This document shows, in pieces, positions 49,202-58,758 of a stretch of DNA of 64,000 nucleotides (position 1 is its first letter; the number at the start of each line of letters is the position of its first letter). The notes under the pieces were generated by a model, which had not been told where the DNA came from, ran no database searches, and saw only the letters and a program-made list of their open reading frames with translations. The stretch is taken from contig CAVPCT010000001.1 of NCBI GenBank assembly GCA_963702475.1, forward strand, positions 192,001 to 256,000, written 5' to 3'. Source of the stretch: an uncultured Thermoleophilia bacterium (lineage in GTDB: Bacteria; Actinomycetota; Thermoleophilia; UBA2241). The position numbers were made by a program, and so were the translations under genes.

Positions 49202-49962
49202 TGCTCGGCATGCTGAAGGCCATGCGCACCACGATCGGCCACCTTCCCAAACGCAAGATCACGGTGCAGTACCCGGAGCAGCGCGAGCAGCTCCCGGAGC
49301 GCAGCCGCGGCCTGTTCCGCGTGGTCGTCGATCCGGTGACGGGAGACCCGCGTTGCCGCTCCTGCACGCTCTGCGAGAGCAACTGCCCGGTGCAGGTCAT
49401 CCGCGTGAACCACACCAGCAGGTACAACGTGCCTGTGCCCAACACGGCGCGCATCGCGCAGGTGCGCGTGGAGGCCCAGGCCGACGTGGACATCAAGGCG
49501 CTGCAGCCGGTGCTGGACGACTACTACGAGCACGGCACCGGCCTCATCGCCCTGCTGCAGAACGCGCAGGCGGTGTACGGTTACCTGCCGCGCCTGGTCA
49601 TCCAGGAGATCTCGCTGCAGACCGGCATCTCCCTCAGCCAGATCTACGGTGTGTCGAGCTTCTACAACCAGTTCCGCCTCTCGCCCGTGGGCGAGCACAT
49701 CATCGACGTGTGCCACGGCACGGCCTGCCACGTGGCGGGGGCCGTGCAGATCACCGAGGCGCTGGAGGAGGAGCTCGGGATCCCCGACGGCAAGACCACC
49801 AAGGACATGAAGTTCACGCTGTCGTCCGTGGCCTGCATGGGGGCCTGTTCGCAGGCTCCCGTGATGCGCATCGGCGACAAGACCTACGGCGGCCTCACCC
49901 CTGACAAGACGCGCACCATCATCCGCGACCTCATGGCCGAACTGGGCGCGGAGAAGGGGTGA
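49201..49962 (+). CDS. Fusion of the N-terminal half of NuoI to a NuoE/HydC [2Fe-2S] domain
   Basis: TVQYPEQ...ERSRG...CRSCTLCESNCP (one motif only), then YGYLP, SFYNQF, CHGTACH and ACMGAC. Confidence 0.88.
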   Translation: MLGMLKAMRTTIGHLPKRKITVQYPEQREQLPERSRGLFRVVVDPVTGDPRCRSCTLCESNCPVQVIRVNHTSRYNVPVPNTARIAQVRVEAQADVDIKALQPVLDDYYEHGTGLIALLQNAQAVYGYLPRLVIQEISLQTGISLSQIYGVSSFYNQFRLSPVGEHIIDVCHGTACHVAGAVQITEALEEELGIPDGKTTKDMKFTLSSVACMGACSQAPVMRIGDKTYGGLTPDKTRTIIRDLMAELGAEKG

Positions 49963-49973
49963 CGAGAGACACC

Positions 49974-51911
49974 ATGGCAGACGAGATCAGAGACGACGCG
50001 ACCGAGGTCGCCGAGGCAGCACAGGCCGCGGCGGCGACCGCGGCGCCTGAGAACGAGGCACGCAACGTGCGCGTCGCGGCAGCGCCGGGCGGCGGCTACA
50101 AGGTCACCGTGTGCGCCGGCACCGCCTGCGTGTTCGCCGGCTCCATGGCCGTGTTCGACGCGTTCGTGGAGGAGGTCCAGACGGCCGGCCTGGGCGACCG
50201 CGTGGAGGTCAGCATCATCGGCTGCCACGGCCTCTGCTCCATGAGCCCCGTCGTCGTGCTCAGCGACGACACGCTGTACGGGCACCTGCGTCCCCGGGAC
50301 GTCGGCAAGGTCGTGCAGGAGCACCTCGTGGACGGCACGCCGGTGGAGCGCTTCCTCTACAAGGATGCGCAGACCGGCGAACGCATCCGCGACTGGCACG
50401 AGATCGGCTTCTACAAGCAGCAGACGCGCATCGCCCTGCGCGACGTGGGCGTCATCGACCCGGAGAGCATCGACGAGTACGTCGCGCGCGGCGGCTACGA
50501 GGCCGCGCGTCTGTCGCTCTCCGAGAAGACGCCCGAGTGGATCATCCAGCACGTCACCGACTCGGGCATCCGCGGCCGTGGCGGCGCCGGCTTCCCGACG
50601 GGCGTCAAGTGGAAGTTCGCCAACCAGTCGCAAAGCGACCAGAAGTACCTCATCTGCAACGCCGACGAGGGTGACCCCGGCGCGTTCATGGACTGCTCCA
50701 TCCTCGAGGGCGACCCGCACGCCGTGCTCGAGGGCATGGTCATCGGCAGCTACGCCATCGGCGCGCACGAGGGGTACGTGTACGTGCGCGCCGAGTACCC
50801 GCTGGCCGTGAAGCGCCTCACCAAGGCGGTCGCCGACGCCGAGGCGCGCGGCTTCCTCGGCAAGGACATCTTCGGCACCGGCTGGGAGTTCGACCTGCAC
50901 CTCAAGCTCGGCGCCGGCGCCTTCGTGTGCGGCGAAGAGACGGCGCTCATCGCCTCCATCGAGGGCAAGCGCGGCATGCCGCGCACGCGGCCGCCGTTCC
51001 CGGCCGTCTCCGGTCTCTGGGGCAAGCCGACGAACATCAACAACGTCGAGACCTTCAGCAACATCCCCTGGATCATCATGCACGGTGCCGAGGCCTACGC
51101 TGCGCTCGGCGTAGAGACCAGCCGCGGCACCAAGGCCTTCAGCCTGGCCGGCAAGATCGTCAACGGTGGCCTCGCAGAGGTTCCCATGGGCTCCACCCTC
51201 CGCCACGTCATCTTCGACGTGGGCGGCGGCATCAAGGACGGCAAGGCGTTCAAGGCCGTACAGCTCGGCGGCCCCTCCGGCGGCTGCGTGCCGGCGAGCC
51301 TGCTCGACACGCCGGTCGACTACGAGAGCCTCGCCGCGACCGGCGCCATCGTCGGCTCCGGCGGCATGGTCGTGGTGGACGAGGACACCTGCATGGTCGA
51401 CCTCGCGCGCTTCTTCCTCGACTTCACGCAGAAGGAGTCGTGCGGCAAGTGCGTGCCGTGCCGCCTCGGCACGAAGCGCATGCTCGAGACGCTCGACCGC
51501 ATCATCGCCGGTTGTGGCAGGGACGGCGACATCGAGCTGCTCGAGGAGCTCAGCCGCTACGTCATCGAGGGCAGCCTGTGCGCGCTCGGCGGCACTGCGC
51601 CCAACCCGGTGCTCACCACCATCAAGTACTTCCGCGAGGAGTACGAGGCGCACGTCTACGAGAAGCGCTGCCCGGCCGGCAAGTGCAAGGACCTCATCGA
51701 GTACTACATCGACGCTGAGGCCTGCACGGGCTGCATGCTCTGCGCCAAGAAGTGCCCCACCGAGTGCATCACCGGCGAGAAGAAGCAGCCGCACGTGATC
51801 GACGTGAGCGCCTGCATCAAGTGCGACACCTGTCGCCAGGTCTGCAAGTTCGACGCCGTCAAGGTCCACTCGGGCGTCGCCGAGATCGCGGCCGCGGGGC
51901 AGGGGGCGTAA
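49974..51911 (+). CDS. nuoF: NuoF of the HydB/BfuB (electron-bifurcating) type
   Basis: N-terminal thioredoxin-like [2Fe-2S] domain, RGRGGAGFPTG, NADEGDPGAFMD, GAFVCGEETAL, ESCGKCVPCR, EAH...CPAGKC and a C-terminal 2[4Fe-4S]. Confidence 0.92.
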   Translation: MADEIRDDATEVAEAAQAAAATAAPENEARNVRVAAAPGGGYKVTVCAGTACVFAGSMAVFDAFVEEVQTAGLGDRVEVSIIGCHGLCSMSPVVVLSDDTLYGHLRPRDVGKVVQEHLVDGTPVERFLYKDAQTGERIRDWHEIGFYKQQTRIALRDVGVIDPESIDEYVARGGYEAARLSLSEKTPEWIIQHVTDSGIRGRGGAGFPTGVKWKFANQSQSDQKYLICNADEGDPGAFMDCSILEGDPHAVLEGMVIGSYAIGAHEGYVYVRAEYPLAVKRLTKAVADAEARGFLGKDIFGTGWEFDLHLKLGAGAFVCGEETALIASIEGKRGMPRTRPPFPAVSGLWGKPTNINNVETFSNIPWIIMHGAEAYAALGVETSRGTKAFSLAGKIVNGGLAEVPMGSTLRHVIFDVGGGIKDGKAFKAVQLGGPSGGCVPASLLDTPVDYESLAATGAIVGSGGMVVVDEDTCMVDLARFFLDFTQKESCGKCVPCRLGTKRMLETLDRIIAGCGRDGDIELLEELSRYVIEGSLCALGGTAPNPVLTTIKYFREEYEAHVYEKRCPAGKCKDLIEYYIDAEACTGCMLCAKKCPTECITGEKKQPHVIDVSACIKCDTCRQVCKFDAVKVHSGVAEIAAAGQGA

Positions 51912-51919
51912 GAGGAGTC

Positions 51920-54398
51920 ATGGCGACGACGGTCGAGAACATCCCGCAGGCCGAGGTCCGCACCGGACCAGGTGCTCGTCACCATCGACGGGCAGGAGGT
52001 GGCGTGCGAGCGCGGCGAGACCATCCTGGAGGCCGCTCGCCGCGTCGGCATCAGCATCCCGACGCTGTGCTACGAGCCGCGGCTGCCGGCCACCGCCGCC
52101 TGCCGCATGTGCATCGTCGAGGTCGAGGGCGCGCGCAAGATGGTGCCCAGCTGCTCCGCCGCCGTCGCCGACGGCATGGTGGTGCGCACCGACACCGAGA
52201 AGATCCGCGCCATGCGGCACCTGTATCTGGAGCTGCTGCTGAGCGACCACAACTCGTTCTGCACGCCGCCCTGCCGCGACGCCTGCCCCACGCACATCAA
52301 GATCCCGCAGTTCCTCGACTACATCTCGCAGCGCGACTACAAGAACGGCGTGCGCAAGCTGCGCGAGGACCTGCCCTTCCCGGGCGTGCTCGGCCGCGTG
52401 TGCCCGCGCCCCTGTGAGGGCCCGTGCCGCCGCCAGCTCGTGGAGGAGCCCATCACCATCTGCCAGCTCCACCGCTTCATGGCCGACGAGACCAGGGACG
52501 AGGAGCAGGAGGGCGAGCTGCTGCTGCCGGTCGAGCCCAAGGCCGACACCGGCAAGCGCATCGCCGTGGTCGGCGGCGGCCCCGCCGGCATGGCCGCCGC
52601 GTTCTACGCGCGGCTCGAGGGCCACTCCGTGAAGATCTTCGAGGCGCTGCCCAAGATCGGCGGCATGCTGCGCTACGGCATCCCCAGCTACCGGATGCCG
52701 CGCGACGTCCTGGACGCCGAGACCAACATCCTCTGGCGGCTGGGCGTGGAGCTCCAGGTCGACAGCCGCCTGGGTGTGGACTACCAGATCGAGGACCTCT
52801 TCGCGCAGGGTTTCGACGCGGTGTTCCTGGCGCTCGGGGCCTTCAACTCCAACGACATGGGCGTCCCCGGCGAGGACGCCCAGGGCGTCGTCACCGCCGT
52901 GGACTTCCTCGGCGAGCTCGAGCTCACGGGCGACGTGCACGTGGGCCGCAAGGTCACCGTGATCGGCGGCGGCTTCACCGCCATGGACGCCTGCCGCACC
53001 AGCATCCGCAAGGGCGCCGCCCAGGTCACCTGCCTCTACCGCCGCTCGCGCAAGGAGATGCCCGCCCATCACACCGAGGTCGACGAGGCCGAGGAGGAGG
53101 GCGTCAAGCTCGAGCTGCTCTGCGCGCCGGTGCGCGTGGTGACCGATGCGGACCACAAGGTCACCGGCATCGAGATGCAGCGCATGGAGCTCGGCGAGCC
53201 CGACGCCTCCGGCCGCCGGCGCCCGGTCCCCGTGGAGGGCAGCGAGTTCATCATCGAGTGCGACCAGATCATCACCGCCATCGGCCAGTTCCCCAAGCTG
53301 GACGGCACCAGCGAGGAACAGGGCGTCAAGCGCACCAAGTGGCGCACCATCGAGGTGGACGACTGGACCTTCCAGACGGAGGATCCGCGCGTGTTCGCCG
53401 GAGGCGACGTCGTGCTCGGCGCGCAGACGGTCATCCAGGCCATCGCCCAGGGCAAGAAGGCCGCGTGGAGCATGGACGCGTACCTGCGCGGCCTCGACAT
53501 GCACGAGGTCTCGGAGTCACTCGGCGAGCTGCGCCGCACGCCGTTCTTCGACGCGCTCTCCGTGAAGGCCGGCATGGACCCGGCCGTCGCGCGCATGGCC
53601 GAGGTGCCGCCCACGTTCATCGACATGACCACCGACATCACGCGCCCCAGCCCGCCGGCCGGGATGCCCAAGCTCGGGCCCGACGAGCGCAAGACCAACT
53701 TCAAGCAGATCGAGCTGGGCTTCCCCGAGGAGGAGGCCGTGCGCGGCGCCGAGCTGTGCCTGCAGTGCTACTGCCCGGCCAGCGGCACCTGCGACCTGCA
53801 GAAGTACTCCATCGAGTACGAGGTCTTCAAGAACCGCTTCCACGGCGGCGAGGCGCACGACTACCCGGCCGACTTCCGTCACGACTTCATCATGCGCGAA
53901 CCCAACCGCTGCATCAGCTGCGGGCGCTGCGTGCGCGTGTGCCGCATGGAGGTCGGCTCGAGCTGCTACGACAACATGGGCCGCGGCTTCGACTCCATCG
54001 TCTCCACCGCCGACAACCTGCCCTTGCAGCTCGTCGGCTGCGTGAGCTGCGGCAAGTGCGCGGAGACGTGCCCCACCGGCTCCATCGAGACCAATCCGCG
54101 GCGTCTGGAGAGCTACGACCTCGACGAGAGCCGCTGCATCTTCTGCGGGGAGTGCGTGGAGGTCTGCCCCTACAACGCGCTCGAACAGACCGACTTCTTC
54201 GAGCTCGCCGACTACAGCCGCACCAAGCTGGCCACGCAGTCGCTGTACGTGCGCGAACCGCGCCCGGTCGACCCGCTGCGCGAGACGCTCAAGGACCTCG
54301 TGCCGCACGTGCTCGACGCCGAGCGCGGCGAGGGCTGGACCTGGGAGCCCATCAAGGACGACCCCATCGTGCTCGACGAGCCGGGAGGCCACCACTGA
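51920..54398 (+). CDS. NuoG-like Fe-S protein with an inserted GltD/NfnB FAD-NADPH domain and the C-terminal half of NuoI (probable +1 frameshift near 51960)
   Basis: [2Fe-2S] PTLC...ACRMC...C; GRVCPRPCE, GGGPAG, YGIPSYR, GGGFTAMD, YRRS; CISCGRCVRVC, CVSCGKCAETCP; YDLDESRCIFCGECVEVCP...FEL. The ATG at 51920 with a GAGGAG RBS is one base out of frame with 51972..54398. Confidence 0.88.
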
Positions 54399-54913
54399 TG
54401 CCGGGCGGCGACTTCCAGCCCTGGCTGTTCTTCATCCTGGCGGCGTGGATCCTCATCTGCGCCCTCGGCGTGGTGGTCTTCAAGAAGGTCATGTACTCGG
54501 CCGTGGCCATGGTCTTCTGCTTCCTGGGCGTCGCCTTCGCCTACGCGCTGCTGGCCGCCTCGCTGGTCGCGATCATCCAGCTTCTGGTGTACGTGGGCGC
54601 CATCTCCGTCGTGATCATCTTCGCGATCATGCTCACCGAGGTGCAGTCCGGCGGCTTCGACCTCTTCTTCAACCGCCAGACGGCCATCGCCGCGCCGCTG
54701 GCCATCGTCGCGGCCGGCGTGGTCATCGCCGTCCTCGCCGGCTCCACGATCGGCGGCGTCGGCGAGAAGGCGCTCAACCCGGGCGTGCGCGGCGTCTCGC
54801 ACATCCTGTTCGCCGCGTACGTGTTCCCGTTCGAGCTGGTCTCGCTGGTGCTGGTCGCCGCGATGATCGGCGCGATCGTGCTGGCGCGCCGTGAAGAGGA
54901 GAAGAAGTCGTGA
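54398..54913 (+). CDS. nuoJ: Complex I subunit J
   Basis: QLLVYVGAISV and YVFPFELVSLVL. Confidence 0.93.
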   Translation: MPGGDFQPWLFFILAAWILICALGVVVFKKVMYSAVAMVFCFLGVAFAYALLAASLVAIIQLLVYVGAISVVIIFAIMLTEVQSGGFDLFFNRQTAIAAPLAIVAAGVVIAVLAGSTIGGVGEKALNPGVRGVSHILFAAYVFPFELVSLVLVAAMIGAIVLARREEEKKS

Positions 54914-55218
54914 ACCCTCTCTACTGGTGGCTCACGCTCTCGGTGTGTCTCTTCTGCATCGGCGCGTTCGGCGTGCTCGCGCGCCGTAACGTCATCGTGG
55001 TGGTCATGTGCCTGGAGCTCATGCTCAACGCCGTGAACATCGCCCTGGTGGCGACCAGCAACTTCCGCAGCGGCGCCCAGGGTGCCGGCCAGCTGTTCGC
55101 GTTGTTCATCATCGTGCTGGCCGCCGCCGAGGTCACCGTGGGTCTCGCCATCGTCATCGCCAACTACCGCAACCGTCGCACGGTCCAGACCGACCGGTTC
55201 GACGAGCTCAAAGGCTGA
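54910..55218 (+). CDS. nuoK: Complex I subunit K
   Basis: ELMLNAVN and AAAEVTVGLAI. Confidence 0.95.
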   Translation: MNPLYWWLTLSVCLFCIGAFGVLARRNVIVVVMCLELMLNAVNIALVATSNFRSGAQGAGQLFALFIIVLAAAEVTVGLAIVIANYRNRRTVQTDRFDELKG

Positions 55219-55229
55219 TTGGAGCGTCC

Positions 55230-57170
55230 GTGGAAGCAGAAGCCACCACGCACATCATCACGGAGGGCCCGCAGTTCCTGCGGGTCGCGGTGGCCCTCAT
55301 CGTGCTTCTGCCGCTCCTGGGCTTCATCGTGACGCTCGTCTTCGGCAAGCGTTGGGGATCCAAGGCGCATATCCTGCCGGTCGCCATGGTGACCGCCACG
55401 GCCGTCCTCAGCATCTACGCCTTCGAGTGGGTGTTCCGGCACTCCGAGGAGACGTTCGTATGGAACGCCTTCACCTGGATCGCGGCCGGGCGCTTCGAGA
55501 TCGCCTGGGGCTTCCAGGTGGACTCGCTCACCGGCGTCATGCTGCTGGTGGTCGGTATCATCGGCATGCTCGTGCACTACTACTCCATCGGGTACATGCA
55601 CGGCGACGAGGGCTACTACCGGTTCTTCGCCTACCTCAATCTCTTCATGTTCGCGATGTTCGTGCTCATCCTCGCGAACAACTACGTGCTGCTCTTCCTC
55701 GGCTGGGAGGGCGTCGGTCTCTGCTCCTACCTGCTGATCTCTTTCTGGTTCGCCAAGAAGAGCGCCAGCCAGGCGGGCAAGAAGGCGTTCCTCGTGAACC
55801 GCGTGGGCGACTTCGGGTTCACGCTCGGCATGTTCCTCATCTTCACCGCGACCGGCACCCTGCAGTTCACGGGCGTGTTCGAGAAGGCGCCGGAGATCGC
55901 GCAGGGTACCCTCCTGTGGATCTGCCTGCTGCTGTTCACCGGCGCCGTCGGCAAGAGCGCGCAGTTCCCGCTGCACGTGTGGCTGCCGGATGCCATGGAG
56001 GGCCCCACCCCGGTCAGCGCCCTGATCCACGCCGCCACCATGGTCAACGCCGGCGTGTACATGGTCGCGCGCTCGTATCCGCTCTTTCTGGAGACGCACA
56101 CGGCGATGCTGGTGGTGATGGGCATCGGCGCCTTCACGGCGATCTACGCGGCGTACATCGCCATCACGCAGAACGACATCAAGAAGGTCATCGCCTACTC
56201 CACGCTGTCGTCGCTGGGCTTCATGTTCCTGGCCCTTGGGGCCGGCGCCTGGGTGGCCGGCATCTTCTACCTGTTCGCACACGGCTTCTTCAAGGGCCTC
56301 ATGTTCCTCTGTTCGGGCTCGGTGATCCACGCCATGGGCGGCGAGCAGGACATGCGCAAGATGGGCGGGCTGCGCAAGAAGATCCCCATCACCTTCTGGA
56401 CCATGCTCATCGGCGCCCTGGCCATGGTCGGCATCATCCCGTTCGCCGGGTTCTGGGCGAAGGACGAGATCATCGGCGCCGCCTGGGTGCACGGGTACTA
56501 CGTGGTGTGGGCGGTGGCCATGGTCACCGTGGTGCTCACCGGCATCTACGTGTTCCGCCTCATCTTCATGACCTTCTGGGGCGAGAGCCGTGCCGACGCC
56601 GAGGTGCAGCACCACATCCACGAGTCGCCGCCGGTCATGACCGTACCGCTCATCCTCCTCGCCATCCCGGCTGTGGGCCTGGGTCTCCTGGTCGGCCTTC
56701 CGCCGGAGGGAGGCTGGCTGCACTCCTTCCTCGAGCCCGTCTTCTTCGAGACCGAGCACGAGGTGTTCACGTGGATCGGCGAGGGCGGCGCGCTCATGGG
56801 CGTCTCGCTGCTCGCCGCCCTGGCCGGCATCTACGTCGCGTGGCGCTACTACGTGCGCGACACCGCCGCCCCGGCGCGCATCGCGGGGCGCGTGCCGATC
56901 CTGTACAAGGCCAGCTTCAACAAGATGTACATGGACGAGATCTACGAGGTCGCGCCCATCCGCGCCACCATCGGCGCCTCCGTGTGGCTGTGGCAGGTCG
57001 TGGACGCCAGGATCATCGACGGCGCCGTGAACGGCGTTGGCAAGGTCTGGGGATGGGTCGGCACCGGTCTGCGCCCCATCCAGACCGGCCGCGTGCAGAA
57101 CTACGCGATGTACGTGTTCGCCGGCATGATCGCGCTGGTCGTCGTCCTCGCCTGGATCTGGGGGGCGTGA
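55230..57170 (+). CDS. nuoL: Complex I subunit L
   Basis: GKSAQFPLHVWLPDAMEGPTPVSALIHAATMV; QTGRVQNY. Confidence 0.96.
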   Translation: MEAEATTHIITEGPQFLRVAVALIVLLPLLGFIVTLVFGKRWGSKAHILPVAMVTATAVLSIYAFEWVFRHSEETFVWNAFTWIAAGRFEIAWGFQVDSLTGVMLLVVGIIGMLVHYYSIGYMHGDEGYYRFFAYLNLFMFAMFVLILANNYVLLFLGWEGVGLCSYLLISFWFAKKSASQAGKKAFLVNRVGDFGFTLGMFLIFTATGTLQFTGVFEKAPEIAQGTLLWICLLLFTGAVGKSAQFPLHVWLPDAMEGPTPVSALIHAATMVNAGVYMVARSYPLFLETHTAMLVVMGIGAFTAIYAAYIAITQNDIKKVIAYSTLSSLGFMFLALGAGAWVAGIFYLFAHGFFKGLMFLCSGSVIHAMGGEQDMRKMGGLRKKIPITFWTMLIGALAMVGIIPFAGFWAKDEIIGAAWVHGYYVVWAVAMVTVVLTGIYVFRLIFMTFWGESRADAEVQHHIHESPPVMTVPLILLAIPAVGLGLLVGLPPEGGWLHSFLEPVFFETEHEVFTWIGEGGALMGVSLLAALAGIYVAWRYYVRDTAAPARIAGRVPILYKASFNKMYMDEIYEVAPIRATIGASVWLWQVVDARIIDGAVNGVGKVWGWVGTGLRPIQTGRVQNYAMYVFAGMIALVVVLAWIWGA

Positions 57171-57171
57171 C

Positions 57172-58758
57172 GTGACCTGGCAAGACCAGATGGGCTTCCC
57201 CGTGCTCAGCGTCATCACCTTTCTGCCGCTCGCCGGCGTCGTGCTCATGCTGCTCCTCGGTCGCGGGCGACCGCAGGTGTACAAGGTCATCGCGCTCGTC
57301 GCCACGCTCGCCGCCTTCGCCCTGAGCATCTGGATGATGGTCGTCTTCAACACCGGTGAGCCCGGCGTGCAGTTCACCGAAGACGTCATGTGGATCGAGC
57401 AGTTCAACATCCACTACCGCTTCGGTGTGGACGGCATCGCCGCCGTCCTGCTCTTCCTGACCACGTTCCTCGGCGTCATCGTGGTCCTCGGCAGCTGGCA
57501 CTACGTGAAGGACAGGGAGCTCGGCTTCTTCGTGTCGCTCCTGTTGCTGCAGGTGGGCATGGCCGGCGTGTTCTGCGCCACCGACCTCTTCCTGTTCTAC
57601 GTGTTCTGGGAGGCCATGCTGGTGCCGATGTACTTCATCATCGGCATCTGGGGTGGCCCGCGGCGCATCTACGCGGCCATCAAGTTCTTCCTGTTCACGC
57701 TGATCGGCAGCCTGCTCATGCTGGTCGCCATCATCGTGGTCGTGTACGCGGCCAAAGACCAGGCCGGTCACCTCACGTGGGACATCCAGGAGCTCGGCCG
57801 CATGGTGTTCACCTACGACCTGCAGTTCTGGGCCTTCCTCGCCTTCTTCGTGGCCTTCGCCATCAAGGTGCCGATGTTCCCGGTGCACACCTGGCTCCCG
57901 GACGCGCACGTCGAGGCGCCCACGGCCGGCTCCGTGATCCTCGCCGGCGTGCTCCTGAAGATGGGTGGATACGGCATCCTGCGCTTCTGCCTGCCCTTCT
58001 TCCCGGACGCGGCCGTCACGTTCATCCCGTACATCATCGTGCTGTCGGTGATCGCCGTCGTGTACGGGGCGATGGTGTCGCTCGTGCAGAAGGACCTCAA
58101 GAAGCTGGTCGCCTACTCGAGCGTGAGCCACATGGGGTTCGTGACCATGGGCATCTTCGCGGCCATCGCCGTACTGGGGAACGCCGCCGGCATGGAGGGC
58201 GCCATCCTGGTGATGTTCAGCCACGGCCTGCTCACGGGCGCCCTGTTCCTCATGGTCGGCTACATGTACGAGCGCACGCACACGCGACAGATCGCCGACC
58301 TCGGCCAGCTGGCCAAGCCGATGCCGGTCATGGCCGGCTTCTTCCTGTTCTTCGTGTTCGGGTCGGCGGGGCTGCCCGGGCTCAGCGGTTTCGTCGGGGA
58401 GTTCCTGAGCCTGCTCGGGCTGTTCGCGTACTCGCACTGGCTGGCGGCCGTCGCCGCCACCGGCGTCATCCTGGCGGCGGCCTACCTGCTCTGGATGTTC
58501 CAGCGCACGATGTTCAACGATCGCGGCGACGCCGAGCTGCGGCCGTCCACGCCGCTCGCCGACCTCAACCTGCGTGAGATCACCACGCTCGTCCCGCTGG
58601 TGGTGCTGGTCATCTGGGTCGGCGTCTACCCGGCCACGCTGCTCGACTACCTGCACGTGCCCGTGGACATGATCCTGCTGCGCGTCACGCCCGCCCTCAG
58701 CAGCGAGCACACGAACGTGCTGGCCCAGCTGGTCGACACCGCGAAAGGTCTCTTCTGA
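57172..58758 (+). CDS. nuoM: Complex I subunit M
   Basis: FYVFWE, KVPMFPVHTWLPDAHVEAPT, SGFVGEF. Confidence 0.96.
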   Translation: MTWQDQMGFPVLSVITFLPLAGVVLMLLLGRGRPQVYKVIALVATLAAFALSIWMMVVFNTGEPGVQFTEDVMWIEQFNIHYRFGVDGIAAVLLFLTTFLGVIVVLGSWHYVKDRELGFFVSLLLLQVGMAGVFCATDLFLFYVFWEAMLVPMYFIIGIWGGPRRIYAAIKFFLFTLIGSLLMLVAIIVVVYAAKDQAGHLTWDIQELGRMVFTYDLQFWAFLAFFVAFAIKVPMFPVHTWLPDAHVEAPTAGSVILAGVLLKMGGYGILRFCLPFFPDAAVTFIPYIIVLSVIAVVYGAMVSLVQKDLKKLVAYSSVSHMGFVTMGIFAAIAVLGNAAGMEGAILVMFSHGLLTGALFLMVGYMYERTHTRQIADLGQLAKPMPVMAGFFLFFVFGSAGLPGLSGFVGEFLSLLGLFAYSHWLAAVAATGVILAAAYLLWMFQRTMFNDRGDAELRPSTPLADLNLREITTLVPLVVLVIWVGVYPATLLDYLHVPVDMILLRVTPALSSEHTNVLAQLVDTAKGLF

